Notes: generated by a model not told the origin, from the letters alone. 62,597 nucleotides of DNA, filler included, from Globobulimina sp. (GCA_003354225.1; 22 parts of 22 records of this genome joined end to end with filler, not necessarily neighbours in it); one strand, 5' to 3'. Numbered from the whole stretch's first letter, positions 22,812 through 35,602 are shown. Numbers and translations are program-made.

Positions 22812-24585
22812 TATATTGCGTGATATTATCCACATTATATTCATTATATACCACCCTCCCATTCAACGTGGCAATGCAATAATTTATAATCATTGGGATA
22901 GCTTTGTCAAATGAAGCGGCGCCATCCATACCACATCCGATCACAGTCGATATACTCCGATGATATCTCTGTATGACTTCATATTCACAGTGTATTGTAT
23001 GCGTCATATCCACATCACACCGAGCTGTAATATTCAATTCCCGTACATCATCAGGAGCTGATATCGATGCATTACAATCATGATCAACCCAACTCAATTC
23101 ATTTATAGCTGTATCATCACATTGATATTGTCGGTATATACTGCTGTCAATATGTGGTATAACATAACATTCATTCATGGGAAAAGTCTCAAAGAATAAA
23201 CCTTCATCAGCTACGCCATAATTACATGGGATCTCCTGTCTGCTCCCCGGACTAAGCATGGTCGGCTCCGTAGTGGGCTCCGTCGTAGGTTCGCTAGTCG
23301 GTAATAATGTGGGCTCCATTGTAGGTTCTGTTGTTGGCGACGTTGTAGCATCTTTTGCTATTTCATAATAATAAAATTCATCTGCAGCTGCACAGTAATT
23401 TGGTGCAATAGTTACTGACTCAGTAAACTCTGCGTTTCCATGTAAACAATTGTCCATAGTCTCATATTTGTATTGGATTAAGGAAGGCTTAGACGCATTG
23501 TATTCATTATAAATGGTGATATTACCATCAATTGGTATGCAATAGTTTAATATCCACGGCAGAGAGAGATGTAAATAATTTTCTCCCATCTTGGAACATG
23601 AATGATCCATATTACGATCATATTGCAATATTAATTTGAACTCGCAGGTATTTGTATTGCTTTTATCAACCTCGCATTGTGCCGTTATACCAGACAACTG
23701 GGAGGGTGGGAATAGGACATCTGGCGGTCGTGCCATAGCACAGGTATCGCCATACCAATCTAATTCTTGTACAGACCCATTCTTACACACATATTTTTGA
23801 GATAAACTGTGAGCCGGATATGGTATGACATAGCATGTATTGGTAGGATATGTGATATAAAAACCTGTCACATTTTTTACTGCATAATTGCATGGTATTT
23901 TGTTGCGATTTGCTATGGTTTGGGAGTTGGCTGTTGGTTCCAGTGTAGGCTCCATGCTCGGTGCTGTAGTTGTTGCTGGTATTTGGATGTCATAATAGAA
24001 CGGTGATGAATAGGAACAATTTGCATTATTTGCTGTTGGCGGGATGGAGAAGGCATAATTTGGTGTGTTTTGATTTATACATTGCGGTAAGGTACCATAT
24101 CCATATTGCGTTATGGCTGCTTGTTGAGCATTGTATTGATTATATATTGCTGACGCATTTGGGTCGCCGTCAGGTGTTTGGATACAAAAACCTGTGATAA
24201 ATGGTATGGAAGATATCGGTTCAGTGAGTGGTTTGGAACATGGATCAGATTGATTTCTATAATATTTATTTACCATCACCGGTGTCCCACATTTGTCGTT
24301 GGTGTTATTGCAGTATGACATCATATCAGACGGGTTTTGTGAGATTGTGTCATTGCACGTAGTATCGCGGTAAATGAACTCATATAATGTAGGATTACAG
24401 TGATATTTTAATGAGTTTGCGCCGATATTATAACAGATATCGATTGGATAAGTCTCGTAGAAGTCATTGCCTTTTTGGATAGCATAATTACAATCTTTTA
24501 GTGTTGGTATGCTCGTATTTTGTTGTGACGTGTTTGTATTTTTGGACTGAGATAATATTAATAATATGATGATTATTTTCTGCAT
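22812..24585 (-). CDS. Secreted cysteine-rich protein with three ~190-aa repeats separated by PTxEP linkers; 3' partial
   Basis: Signal peptide. Three copies of (P)CNY....F.TYP...CY......Y.C...C...P.I..YCI...G...YNEYN. Confidence 0.8.
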
Positions 24586-24756
24586 TTTTTGTGTGGTTTA
24601 TTATATAATAATAACCAGAAAAAATGGGAAATTTCACTGACGATTAAACGTTTTGTGTCGGTTTTTGTTATCTTTTAATATTAACTGTTACATGCGAGGT
24701 TGACATTGATTTAAGTAACACTTTTTTGAGGTTTTTTGTCTTAAAAATCAAGAAAA

Positions 24757-25562
24757 ATGGCGAAACTACTCCGTCCAGCGATAGCACGCTTGACTCAAAG
24801 TACAAAATCAGCATCAACCATCGGGAAAGCGTCCATATTGGCGAGTAGTGTGGTACAAAAAAGAGCATTTTCAGGTCCACAGGAACCGGCAGATACGCGT
24901 AGTAAATACGATGTAGAGCCCGATTATTGGGATGCGTGGCATTGGGAGAAGATCGTAGCCGATATCGAGTTTGAGGTTGCAAATTATGATCCGGCGTATG
25001 CAGTGATTTGTGTTACTGAGTTGGAATATGACTTAAAATTTGCAAAGAAAATGTTAGAATGGCGCAAATTGGAAGAACCGAAATATTTAACGCCGCCGCA
25101 AGCGTACGAAGAAGGTGTCGTGGAGTCGGCATTCGGTTATGTTGGTTATAAGATGAGGGCAGAATTGGATTATCGGGTTGTCGGTGGTCGAGGCGGTGTG
25201 GACACTGGGCAGAATTATTGGGACGATAACTTTATATATGGCCCATTTGGTACGGAGGAGAATCCCGTTTTGGTGCCATCGCGCGGTAGATATAGATATG
25301 TTGGTTGTGTTGGTATGTTATTTCTATGCATTATGCATGCGCAAATTCGCACTATTTCTATATATATATATATGTGTTGGTATATTGATAAGGTGGTTAT
25401 GATGGAACATCCGAACATGAGATTGCATGGTTTTGCTTAAAACAAGGTCCAAAGAGCAGATGTCCTCTTTGTGGGCAAATATGGCAATTATGGACCACAG
25501 ATTCCTCCCATAAAGATCATCCTTATCATGATCCGGATAAAGATTATGAAGCTGAGTTATTG
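24757..25562 (+). CDS. COX5B: Cytochrome c oxidase subunit 5B; 2 exons, 3' partial
   Basis: Mitochondrial presequence. GPFGTEENPVLVPS...RYVGCVG|GYDGTSEHEIAWFCLKQGPKSRCPLCGQ after removing intron 25313-25392. Zn-binding Cys present. Confidence 0.9.
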
Positions 25563-25762
25563 NNNNNNNNNNNNNNNNNNNNNNNNNNNNNNNNNNNNNN
25601 NNNNNNTTAATTAATTAANNNNNNNNNNNNNNNNNNNNNNNNNNNNNNNNNNNNNNNNNNNNATGCGTGAATGATACTAATAATATCTGTATGGATGTAC
25701 TGAGTGCTACAGTTTCTAACGTATCCACTTACTAATAATTGTGATCGTCTTTTCGTGGCAGC

Positions 25763-25823
25763 ATTGTTCATTTTTCCTTAAAGATATTTCACTCAAAACT
25801 GTCCTTAGATGAAAACCAGCTTA
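25763..25823. repeat. 61-bp sequence repeated exactly in inverted orientation at the contig end (28352-28412)
   Basis: attgttcatttttcc...gatgaaaaccagctta equals the reverse complement of 28352-28412 and shares its last 17 nt with the IR arm at 27788. Confidence 0.9.
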
Positions 25824-25835
25824 GTCAATTAAACA

Positions 25836-27429
25836 ATGGACAATATTCAACATGTCGCTGTGAACACAAAGAGAGCCTCAGAGGTTGCAGGTGTCGGAGC
25901 ATCAGAAGAAAATCATGATGGTTTTAGTCTACCACAAACATCAGAATCTTATGTATATCAAAAAAACACAAACAACGGATTTATCCCACCACCGCTCACG
26001 CGCTCAACCTCATCTTTATCATTTTTAGGCAGTTCAATGATGAATTTAGTCCGATTACCAGCAGGTTCACTCCGAGCAAGCGTCTTTACCATCATTGCCG
26101 GCATTGTTGGTGGTGGTACTTTAACTCTATCATACGGCATATACATGGCTGGAACGTTACCGTCAATGATTTATTTGATTTTATGCACCGTATTTCAAGC
26201 ATATACTGCGTACACATTGGTATATTGTTCCACTGTCAATGAGTGTCGAACATTTCGCAAACTCGCGCTCAAATTATACAATAAATCATTTGCAACGTTT
26301 ATTCAAATTAACGAATTAATACTTTTATGGTGCATTGCCATTTCATACATGACATTTTCTAAGAATTTGATGGGTCCGGCCGTCGAAAATCTCATTGGTC
26401 GTCATAACCAATGGTATGATAACGGAATCGTGTTATTGTCGATATTGCTATTTTTTGTCATCACTCCATTGGCACTTAAACGGAAAATTGCTGCTTTACG
26501 GTACTAATATTAATATAAATGTCCATTTGGAAATATATTTTTTTGCTGTTTGACGCTTATAAATTATAATTAGATATTCGTCGTTGTTTGGATTTTTGGC
26601 AGTGACATTCACTGTGATTGTTGTGGTCGTTTTGTATTTGGAGTGGTGTGATGACGCCACACAGCATGATGGAGCTGACAATCCTGACCGTAATTGCATA
26701 TTTTCGCAGTTTTCAAAAACAGTCAACTCCAAATTAGTGGATGTATCGTTTTTAAATCATACATATACCGTCGCTGTGATGGCCGGTGGCTTTTGTGTGC
26801 AGCCCACCATTTTACCAATTTACTATGGAATGAAAAATCATTCTCCAAAATTAATAGCGCGCGCCTTATGTTATTCGTTTGTTTGCGTTTTTGCACTGTA
26901 TGTTGGTGTTGCTTATTGTGGATATTTCACATTTCCTAATACAGTGTCTAAGAACTTGCTGACGTCCAACTATGGAAACAATACAATGGTTTTGGTGGCG
27001 CAGATCGCTTTGAGTGTGTACGTGGTGATGATTATACCTTTATTTGCTCATGCTTTTCGATCATCGGTTAAAGGGTTATTGCTGTCAACTGCGCCGAGGG
27101 AAGTATCGGAGGCCAACAATGTGGCTTTGATGAATGGGGGAAAAAGGGAAAAAAAGGAATTGTCATTGAAGCAGCACATATTAGTGACCGTGTTGTATTT
27201 GTGTACAGCGTATCTGGTAGCATGTGTGGCGGATAATATTGGAACTGTCAATTCTTTAATATCATCCACGACGATGCCAATTTGTTGTTTTTTCTTTCCC
27301 ACTGCGATTGTATGGAGAACTAAGAATGTGTCTAAAACAATGATATGGATTTCAACGGTGGTTTGTGGTCTGGTCATTGCAAACTCCATCTTACAAATTA
27401 TCAGACAGATTATTGAATGGACACAATAA
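25836..27429 (+). CDS. Amino acid transporter (AAAP/SLC38 family); 2 exons
   Basis: GSLRASVFTIIAGIVGGGTLTLSY, PLALKRKIAALR|YSS across intron 26501-26573, QPTILPIY, GYFTF, ~11 TM segments. Confidence 0.92.
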
Positions 27430-27787
27430 TAGTGCTAGAAGTAGCAGACAGTATAATTATGTCATTTGGGGAAATCAGAAAGCTCCATCATTGTGTATTA
27501 TGTTTATGTACATAAAAACATTGATGACTTGAATTTTTTAATTTTAAAATAAAAAGACATCTGATTACTTTAGAATAGGATCTGTTTGAAACACTGCGTT
27601 TTAGAAAAATTTTAAAACCTATGGAGAGGTCATCACTATCTCCTAACAAAACGACTTGCGAATTTGCGGATTTTAAAAACAATGTGTTTTAAACAGGTCA
27701 TATTCTAAAGTATTCAAAAACGTTTTAGTAAACTTAGTCAAAAACAAATAATCTCCTTCAGAATGTGGAGAGAGGTCGAGGCAGCTA

Positions 27788-28368
27788 AGATGAAAACCAG
27801 CTTAAATAAATCTTTCCTTCCGACAGAGGATTAAAGACTCCAATCATACGCAAACAACAAATACGAACAACTTTCATGGGATAACACTGCGTCAAATGGC
27901 GTGCATTATTAACATGACAATGGTCCGATGAATTTCGATGACAATGGCGTGCATTATTCAAAAAACACTAATTTCCATGACAATGGTCCGATGCTGAAGA
28001 AACACTTATGTATCAAAATGCAGTGGAAAGATGAAAAAATGGTTTGCAGGATTATGAAAAAATGGTTATCAATACAAAAAATTATTAAAACTAGCAATAA
28101 CAATTATTCTTTGGTAGTTTGGGATGGTTCGATCTTTATTGGTTCGACTTTTCATCGGATTTGGATATGTTTGGTGCTGTTTGTAATATACATAAAGAAA
28201 AATGCTGTAAACTGTACATATTATTATCTTGGATTGTTTATCATTTTGTAATTGTTGTGACTTGTGAATAATGCACGCCATTTGACGCGGTGTATTTGTT
28301 GTTTGCGTATGATTGGAGTCTTTAATCCTCTGTCGGAAGGAAAGATTTATTTAAGCTGGTTTTCATCT
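27788..28368. repeat. Long inverted repeat (perfect 77-bp arms 27788-27864 and 28292-28368), MITE-like
   Basis: Arms are exact reverse complements. Similarity continues inward (27886-27910 vs 28267-28291). Short internal tandem repeats catgacaatggtccgatg at 27913-27992. Confidence 0.85.
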
Positions 28369-28949
28369 AAGGACAGTTTTGAGTGAAATATCTTTAAGGA
28401 AAAATGAACAATNNNNNNNNNNNNNNNNNNNNNNNNNNNNNNNNNNNNNNNNNNNNTTAATTAATTAANNNNNNNNNNNNNNNNNNNNNNNNNNNNNNNN
28501 NNNNNNNNNNNNGCAGTAGTCAATTGTATTTTTATTTTTGTTGGGAAATGGAGATACAAAATGTCGGTGTAAACCGTACTACATGGCTTCAAACGCAAAT
28601 GTAAAAGTTTAGAAGGTAAACCGGACATCTGGTTTACAGTGGAACGTTCTGTAATCATATTAATAGTTATACCATATTTCTCCTGCAAAAGTAACTATAA
28701 ACTTCAGTTTGTTTTCATGTTTTTCGTGTAATGTAGCTATATTGCCTATATATATAGCTAGTAGAAATTGAGTAAAAAGAAGAGTATGCCGATCGTATAT
28801 CTAACATGATTGGTTACCACACGATCTACATTCTATCCTTGCACACAGATAACGTGCATGTCCTTGAGAACAAACACAAAAGAAAAGAAAAGAAAACTAA
28901 TAATTATTTTAGTACAGTAAAATAAGCAAAATACTACAATGCAGGATGG

Positions 28950-29777
28950 TTATTGGTAGGTAGCAAGACTGCCATTTTCGATGAGTCCATTTGATTGTAA
29001 TGGCATTCTACAAATTGGACATTGTGAATTTGATTGTGATAAAATATCATTATAACATTTTCTACACAAAACATAGTGACCGCAACCATTCCTAATCACT
29101 CTCGCATTATCCATGCAAATCACACATTCTTTTGGATTAATAATTAAATCCACAGATGGCTGCAACTGTGGCTGTTGAGTCACTTCACCAAACCGCAAAT
29201 GTATTGTATCTGTTTTATTAAATCTTAATAATACTCGTTTGTGCGGCAATGAATTATACAAATTATCCTTACCGCCATGCTTTTTAATATCATCATTGTT
29301 TGCAATCACTTTGATGGTTTTAGTGCCCATACAGCTCCATCCATCCATAACAATCAACGAATCGCCAATTACAAATATAAAGCACTGTATTCTTGATATT
29401 GCTTCGTGCGGTGTGCTGCAACAAATATCATTTTCGTCGAATCGGCCAAATGTGATAACTGACCCTTTAACACTCCTAATTTCTTGGTTACTGAGTCCTA
29501 TCTGGTATTTCACGCAGAATTCACTGTTTTTTATGTCCTCTTCTTTCATTTCTAGATCAGATCTGCCTCGAGCTCCGATGACCAAATCGCGATAAATCAT
29601 GTCTTTTTTCTGCTGAAATGTAGTTTTGTGGTCATTGACAATATGTAAATAATATTTTCTTGCGGCGTTAACAATTTCAGATGTCATTGGTTTGCTTGTT
29701 CGCGTTATAGATGTCTCTGCAATCGAGGTATGAATGCTTTTCGCACACTCTGTTATGTCGTCGATGGTGTGAGGCAA
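28950..29777 (-). CDS. FHA + RING E3 ligase (CHFR/RNF8/Dma1-like architecture); 5' end uncertain
   Basis: FHA motifs TFGR...ISRIQ...DGWSCMGT. C3HC4 RING CVICMD...CGHYVLCRKC...CPICR. Confidence 0.85.
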   Translation of the reverse strand: MPHTIDDITECAKSIHTSIAETSITRTSKPMTSEIVNAARKYYLHIVNDHKTTFQQKKDMIYRDLVIGARGRSDLEMKEEDIKNSEFCVKYQIGLSNQEIRSVKGSVITFGRFDENDICCSTPHEAISRIQCFIFVIGDSLIVMDGWSCMGTKTIKVIANNDDIKKHGGKDNLYNSLPHKRVLLRFNKTDTIHLRFGEVTQQPQLQPSVDLIINPKECVICMDNARVIRNGCGHYVLCRKCYNDILSQSNSQCPICRMPLQSNGLIENGSLATYQ

Positions 29778-30198
29778 AGGGAAACGCGTTGGCTCGCGGT
29801 GTAAATGCGGTGTCAGTTTAGAATGTGAGTAGTAATTATTTAATCGGCGTCTCTGTTGTGTGTTTCATTATTATTGTATATCTAATTTGTATGTTTAATT
29901 TGAGAAACACGGCACATACTTTTACGTGTGGTTCGGATGTAGAGTCTGAATTTACATCGTCTAGATTTCGTTTACAGCGTGCAGGCTGTGCCATTATTAT
30001 TATTTTTATGCTCTAGCTTTAGTAGCTTAACAATCAAATAGTGCGAGGAGAATGGGAAAGACAATAATTATTATTTTTTCTACAGAGATTGTGTAATATA
30101 TCATTATAATGCATGAGGTGTACTTTTGACAGAAAAATCCTTTTCACGATTTTGTTGGGTTTTTTCTCATAGTAATTAATAATGGCTACGCGTTTCTG

Positions 30199-31262
30199 AT
30201 GAATGGAACGTTACAATGTTGTAGAACAGGTGTATTAATATCAGGGTTTATTCGATCACACCATAGAAAATGTGTGGTATTCGATCTAATTTGTTTAATA
30301 AATTCCTTTTACTGGATCAAAGACTCAAGCTTGGATTGGGAAGCCATTAATTTCTCCAACGAATCAGAAATTGTTGAAAGAAAGAACCGTAACAAATTAC
30401 ATTTACTCTCGAAATTGTTAGATGAAGAGATTTTAAATTATAGCAAACTTAAACAAAGCTGCTGGAAAGGAATACCTTCATCGATTAGACCCGAAATCTG
30501 GAAGTTATTATTAAAATATTCTCCCAGAAAGTTATCGAGACGCAATAAACAGTTAGAAAACAAACGAAATGAATATCATCATCTCAGAAAGATCTATTTT
30601 GACACTGCAGTACAAAAACCACAGCAACTGGATGTTTACCAACAGAAATTATTACAGTGGTCACATTTGGATATCAAACGCATGCGATATAATTATGCAG
30701 ACAACGAAATATTACAAACGGTGCAGTTACAAGAATTGCTGCAAAGAATCGTGTTTTTGTTTGGTTTGAAGCATTCCTGCATAGGTTTTTACAATGGAAT
30801 ATTAGATATATTGATTATTATCACTCTCTCACTCATTCCCTATCCATTTGCACATAACGACCATACGCATGATGTGTATGATAAATATAAATATAAACAT
30901 CATCATATAATTATAAATTGGAGTGTGATTGAAGCGGATTCATACTGGTGTTTGGAGAATTTGTTTGACACTAAACAGTTATTTAATAATTATACGCACG
31001 ATTTTACAGTGACATTGAGTATGGTTAAGTGTTTAAAATGGATTGTGAAGAAAGTTAATTTTGAGTTATATTCACATTTTGAACGTGAAAGGGTTGATTT
31101 CAATCAATTCTGGCAGTGGATACATAATTTTTTGATTCGAAAAATGAACACAAATCACGTTATAAAGCTATGGGATGCGATGCTTTGTGCGAATGATGAT
31201 GAATTTAATTCGTTTCATGTCTGTATTTGTGCGTCACTGTTGAACTCTTTTTCCGCGTTGTT
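30199..31262 (+). CDS. TBC-domain Rab-GAP (TBC1D22/Gyp1-like); 3' partial
   Basis: LKQSCWKGIPSSIRPEIWKLLL, LDIKR (Arg finger), EADSYWCL, IKLWD, FHVCICASLL. Confidence 0.88.
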
Positions 31263-31362
31263 NNNNNNNNNNNNNNNNNNNNNNNNNNNNNNNNNNNNNN
31301 NNNNNNTTAATTAATTAANNNNNNNNNNNNNNNNNNNNNNNNNNNNNNNNNNNNNNNNNNNN

Positions 31363-31661
31363 TAACACTTATATGGATAATTAGTTTGAGTGATATATAA
31401 GAGACATGACCCACAGTATTTCACTTTGTTATTACAGCATAACATGCGTATGGTTTGCTTGTTATTCTTATGAACAGTTGGAATAAGTCTCATGGTTTCA
31501 TTACAAGCAATACAGGAAATGTCTTGATCTTCTTTCGTTTCATCAGTTGATGCTTTTTGTATTGGTATAATTTCTTCTGCAGAATTATCCAGGTCCAACA
31601 AATTGGTATCTTTCTTTTCACTCAATTCGACTGCTTTCACGAGTTTGAGAGCAGTTGTCAT
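31363..31661 (-). CDS. Cys-rich (RING-like) protein N-terminus; partial
   Basis: CIAC...CCNN...CGSC...C spacing. Runs off the contig. Confidence 0.5.
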
Positions 31662-31768
31662 TGTATTTTATTTTCTACTCAGGAAAAGTTTTTCAGTAAA
31701 AAACCACCTAATTATTTATATTTGAGACAATTAAACCACTATAGCACAAGCACAACAACAAACGTATT

Positions 31769-33358
31769 TTAACTATTTTTACAAAATCCACCAGCTTGGA
31801 ATACAGGTTTATATGCACTATGAGGAGCAACAGCAAATGTAACATATCGATTTGAACAGCCCCAATCCTCATTTATCGGTGTTGACAAACATTCCCTATA
31901 TCGACACATTCTGCCATATTCATAATCACCTGCTCCATAATGTATTTCCACTCCTTTATGATAATATCCGTTGTCCTCTGCAACACATCTTTGCCAAATC
32001 GTGCCATCCCAATTACATGACAATATATGAGGTATTATATCATCATCATTAACAATTCTATACGCATTATAACTATGCGGTTGAGTATGTTCAAAAACAG
32101 CATCAAATAACTGTCCAAATCCAGCATTTCCTGTCCTTGGTTCTCCAAATGTATATATTAAAAATGGTCTCCAATTGAATTCGTCAATATATTGACTTTG
32201 CAACCAAATATGTAAAGCAGCAATAGACGTCAATGCACCACCTAAACTATGCCCTGTCCACCAAACATCATAATCGGAGTACTGTTCGTCATTTAATATA
32301 CTTTTTAATGTATTATAAATCCTCGCACTTAACCCACTGTATCCACTCAAGAAATAACTAACAACACTGATAGAATGTGGTGTGTTCAACTCATCATAGA
32401 TTTCAATACCATCCAATTCCATTAAGTTCCATGCTGCCAAATGTCTATCTAACTTTTTGTGCTTTGTCTTGCAAACAGTTTAATATCAAAAATAAACCTA
32501 TAAATACCTAAAAACTCAGAAAATAATTGAATGGCTGAGTTACTGCCACGGAACGATATTATAATATGTTTCTGTTCATTATCACATCCAATAAATACAA
32601 AGGTTTCATCATCATCAAAATTCATTCTGTACGAATAATTCGCCACTATATATCAATCATGACAGTATAACATTTGTCAACATTTACAAATTGAAACATA
32701 AAATACCTAGTTCCAAAGTATCAGGTATTGCTATATCATTATCGTCTGGATCATGATGAGGATTATTTAATTCATCCATATATGCTAAATATGAATATTG
32801 TATCATTTTCAATGATATATCTTCGCTATACCTGGTTAAATATGCGTCATTTGATGGACATTTGTCTACGTCAGTAATTTGCTCAGATGCGCTGCATGGA
32901 TTATATAGCGAAGCATAAGCATGGCATTGTCGTGATATTGGACACCATCTACAGCTAAATATTCCTCCTGATGACAAACATGAAGTACAGAAACCGTTTT
33001 GACTGCAGGATGCTTCAGCCGCTGCTTGTTGAGTTGTTACATTTGTATTTATGATTGGCGATGGTTGAGCTGTGTATGGGACTGTAGTGGAATTGTATGG
33101 TTTAGCAATAAATAAAGATTGTAATGATTCTGCCGAAAATGTCACTTTTATTCCATTAGCTAATCGCACTGTTTTTTTAGATGATTTGGTGAATATAGAA
33201 ATAATTCCTGCAAAATCTAATGATAGTATTATTAATATTGTTAAAACTAAAACAAATATGAATAATATTGTACTGATTTTGAACCATTTGCGTTTTGTAA
33301 TCGGTATTTTTGGAGGAATATCATTTCCAATAAGTAATGTTGTCTCAAAGTGTGCCAT
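31769..33358 (-). CDS. Class 3 lipase with N-terminal TM anchor and PSI-like Cys domain; 3 exons
   Basis: IIISFRGS, TGHSLGGAL, YTFGEPRTGN, RIVNDDDIIPH, terminal His. PSI-like CTSCL...CRWCP...C. Introns 32706-32646 and 32507-32449. Confidence 0.92.
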
Positions 33359-33415
33359 TATTTAAATTAATTTTTGAACAGATCTAGAGTTAAGTTTTGA
33401 GTGTAAATTAAGAAA

Positions 33416-33970
33416 ATGGCAAATGTAAATCGATTAGAATCGGAACAAGAGCACCTGGTGGATTCTGATGAAAAAAAGGAACAATTGGTGGTTGTAAACA
33501 GTGAAGAAGTTAAAAATTGGTTGATTCAAACTGTTAAATTACCGCAATATTATAATGTGTTTATAAATAATGGATATACTTCGTTAGAGATTGTGAAAGG
33601 AATTACGAGTCGACAAGATTTAGCTGATATTGGTATTACATTAAAAGGACATCGCGTTAAACTTTTAACTGAAATTAATATACTTAAAGAAGATAATAAT
33701 CAACGTTCAAATTTTGTGGATGGAATGTTAAGTGATTGGGAAGAGAATGATGATCCTCTTTGTTTATATATTTGTGCTGCTATCTCAATATTAATTCCTT
33801 TGGTTGGATTTGTTGCAATGTGTTGTTTTTCATGCGGCACAAATTTATTTGGAAGAAGGAAACGAAGGGCATTTGTTATATTGGTTATTTGTACAATCTG
33901 TGGAATTATATTGGATGTAATATTATCATTCTTGTTGGATGATAGCAATATTCATTTAACTCTGATATGA
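33416..33970 (+). CDS. SAM-domain protein with two C-terminal TM helices
   Basis: VKNWL...LPQYYNVFINNGY...DLADIGITLKGHRVKLL (SAM), then hydrophobic Cys-rich helices. Confidence 0.85.
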   Translation: MANVNRLESEQEHLVDSDEKKEQLVVVNSEEVKNWLIQTVKLPQYYNVFINNGYTSLEIVKGITSRQDLADIGITLKGHRVKLLTEINILKEDNNQRSNFVDGMLSDWEENDDPLCLYICAAISILIPLVGFVAMCCFSCGTNLFGRRKRRAFVILVICTICGIILDVILSFLLDDSNIHLTLI

Positions 33971-34246
33971 TCCATGGATTCGTATTTTAACGTTTAACCC
34001 ATTTTTTTACATTTATTATTGACCCGTGAATGAGTGAAACAAGAAGTAAAAAATTAAAAATATTATTTGCAGTAAAAAATTATCAAATATCGTCCGCAGT
34101 TTTGGGCTACGTNNNNNNNNNNNNNNNNNNNNNNNNNNNNNNNNNNNNNNNNNNNNTTAATTAATTAANNNNNNNNNNNNNNNNNNNNNNNNNNNNNNNN
34201 NNNNNNNNNNNNACATTGACACGTGACAGATATATATTTGCAAAAT

Positions 34247-34564
34247 CTATCGTTGCTGTTTATGTGTATCAACGTGTCTATGGCTGACACAAAATAATTT
34301 ATTGCATTGTTGGCATAGTATTGTGACTAGTGTTACTTTTGTGCATTTCGAATATGAACATGATTTGCCAGCATTGATGCAAAAACCTGGATCACCTTTG
34401 ACATCAGTTTTATTTTGCTTGCTGCTGTCGAGACATTGATGTGATGCAAAATCGATATGGGATTTGCAGAATTGATGTTTACATGAAATACATTTAACCG
34501 GTAAATATGTATGTTGACGGCATAATTTATAATGACAATGAGCTCCTCCTAATTCGAATTCCAT
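34247..34564 (-). CDS. AN1-type zinc finger protein (two AN1 fingers; ZFAND1/2, Cuz1-like)
   Basis: MEFELGGAHC...CRQHTYLPVKCISCKHQFCKSH...HQC and C..C...ILCQQCNKLFCVSHRHVDTH. Confidence 0.88.
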   Translation of the reverse strand: MEFELGGAHCHYKLCRQHTYLPVKCISCKHQFCKSHIDFASHQCLDSSKQNKTDVKGDPGFCINAGKSCSYSKCTKVTLVTILCQQCNKLFCVSHRHVDTHKQQR

Positions 34565-34786
34565 TTTTCTACCAATTTACATAAAAGCTTTCTAGTATTT
34601 TCTACCAAAAACAATGTTACAACGTCTGTCAAGATGCACACGTCGAGTCTCACACTCTATAACCATAATATGTAGAATTTTGTGCAAGTGATGATTGTCA
34701 TTAATATTCTTGTTAGAGAGACAGAGAATTTTGTGCGTGCCATGGTTTGAATGATGAATAAGTGAAGTGAAAAAACTTTATTGTTC

Positions 34787-35196
34787 ATGTCTGCGTCATA
34801 TTTAGACCGAATTGTCCCTGAGAATGCAAAATATGGCTTTGGATATGATTGCGGGATCGGTATTGGAATTGGAATCTCTGTGGCAGGATTCGCGACAGGT
34901 CCTGGATGTGGATATGGTGTGATTGATAAACATGGAAACACAGGAATCGGCGCTGGATGGAGAAGGTATTGATTGTTTTCAAATGCAGAAAGAATATTAA
35001 TTTAATTGCATTCCTACACAAATATTATTGTAAACAACACGTACACAGTGGCCTTGCACTTGGACCGGCAATTCCCATTGGTGGCATGCTCAAAATAGGG
35101 AGATTCAGGTTGCCAATATTGTTTGGGTTGCTCTTAGGTCCTGCTGTTGGATTTGGCACCAAAACAAACGTCAAAATTTGTAACATTGACACGTGA
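34787..35196 (+). CDS. Small glycine-rich hydrophobic protein; 2 exons
   Basis: YGFGYDCGIGIGIG...GIGAGWR|SGLALGPAIPIGG...GPAVGFG via intron 34966-35048. Confidence 0.6.
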
Positions 35197-35216
35197 CAGA
35201 TATATATTTGCAAAAT

Positions 35217-35506
35217 CTATCGTTGCTGTTTATGTGTATCAACGTGTCTATGGCTGACACAAAATAATTTATTGCATTGTTTGCATAGTATTGTGACTAG
35301 TGTTACTTTTGTGCATTTCGAATATGAACATGATTTGCCAGTATTGATGCAAAAACTTGCTTGCTGCTGTTGAGACATTGATGTGATGCAAAATCGATAT
35401 GGGATTTGCAGAATTGATGTTTACATGAAATACATTTAACCGGTAAATATGTATGTTGACGGCATAATTCATAATGACAATGAGCTCCTCCTAATTCGAA
35501 TTCCAT
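35217..35506 (-). pseudogene. Frameshifted duplicate of the AN1 zinc finger gene
   Basis: Near-identical to 34247-34564 but lacks 28 bp (ctggatcacc...ttttatt), which puts the second finger out of frame. Confidence 0.85.
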
Positions 35507-35602
35507 TGTTCCAATTCACAACGGCGACTAGTTGCTTATCTACATAAAAGTTTTCGAATATTGGAGTTTATTTACCTAAAATAGTATTTTCTACCAAAAA
35601 CA

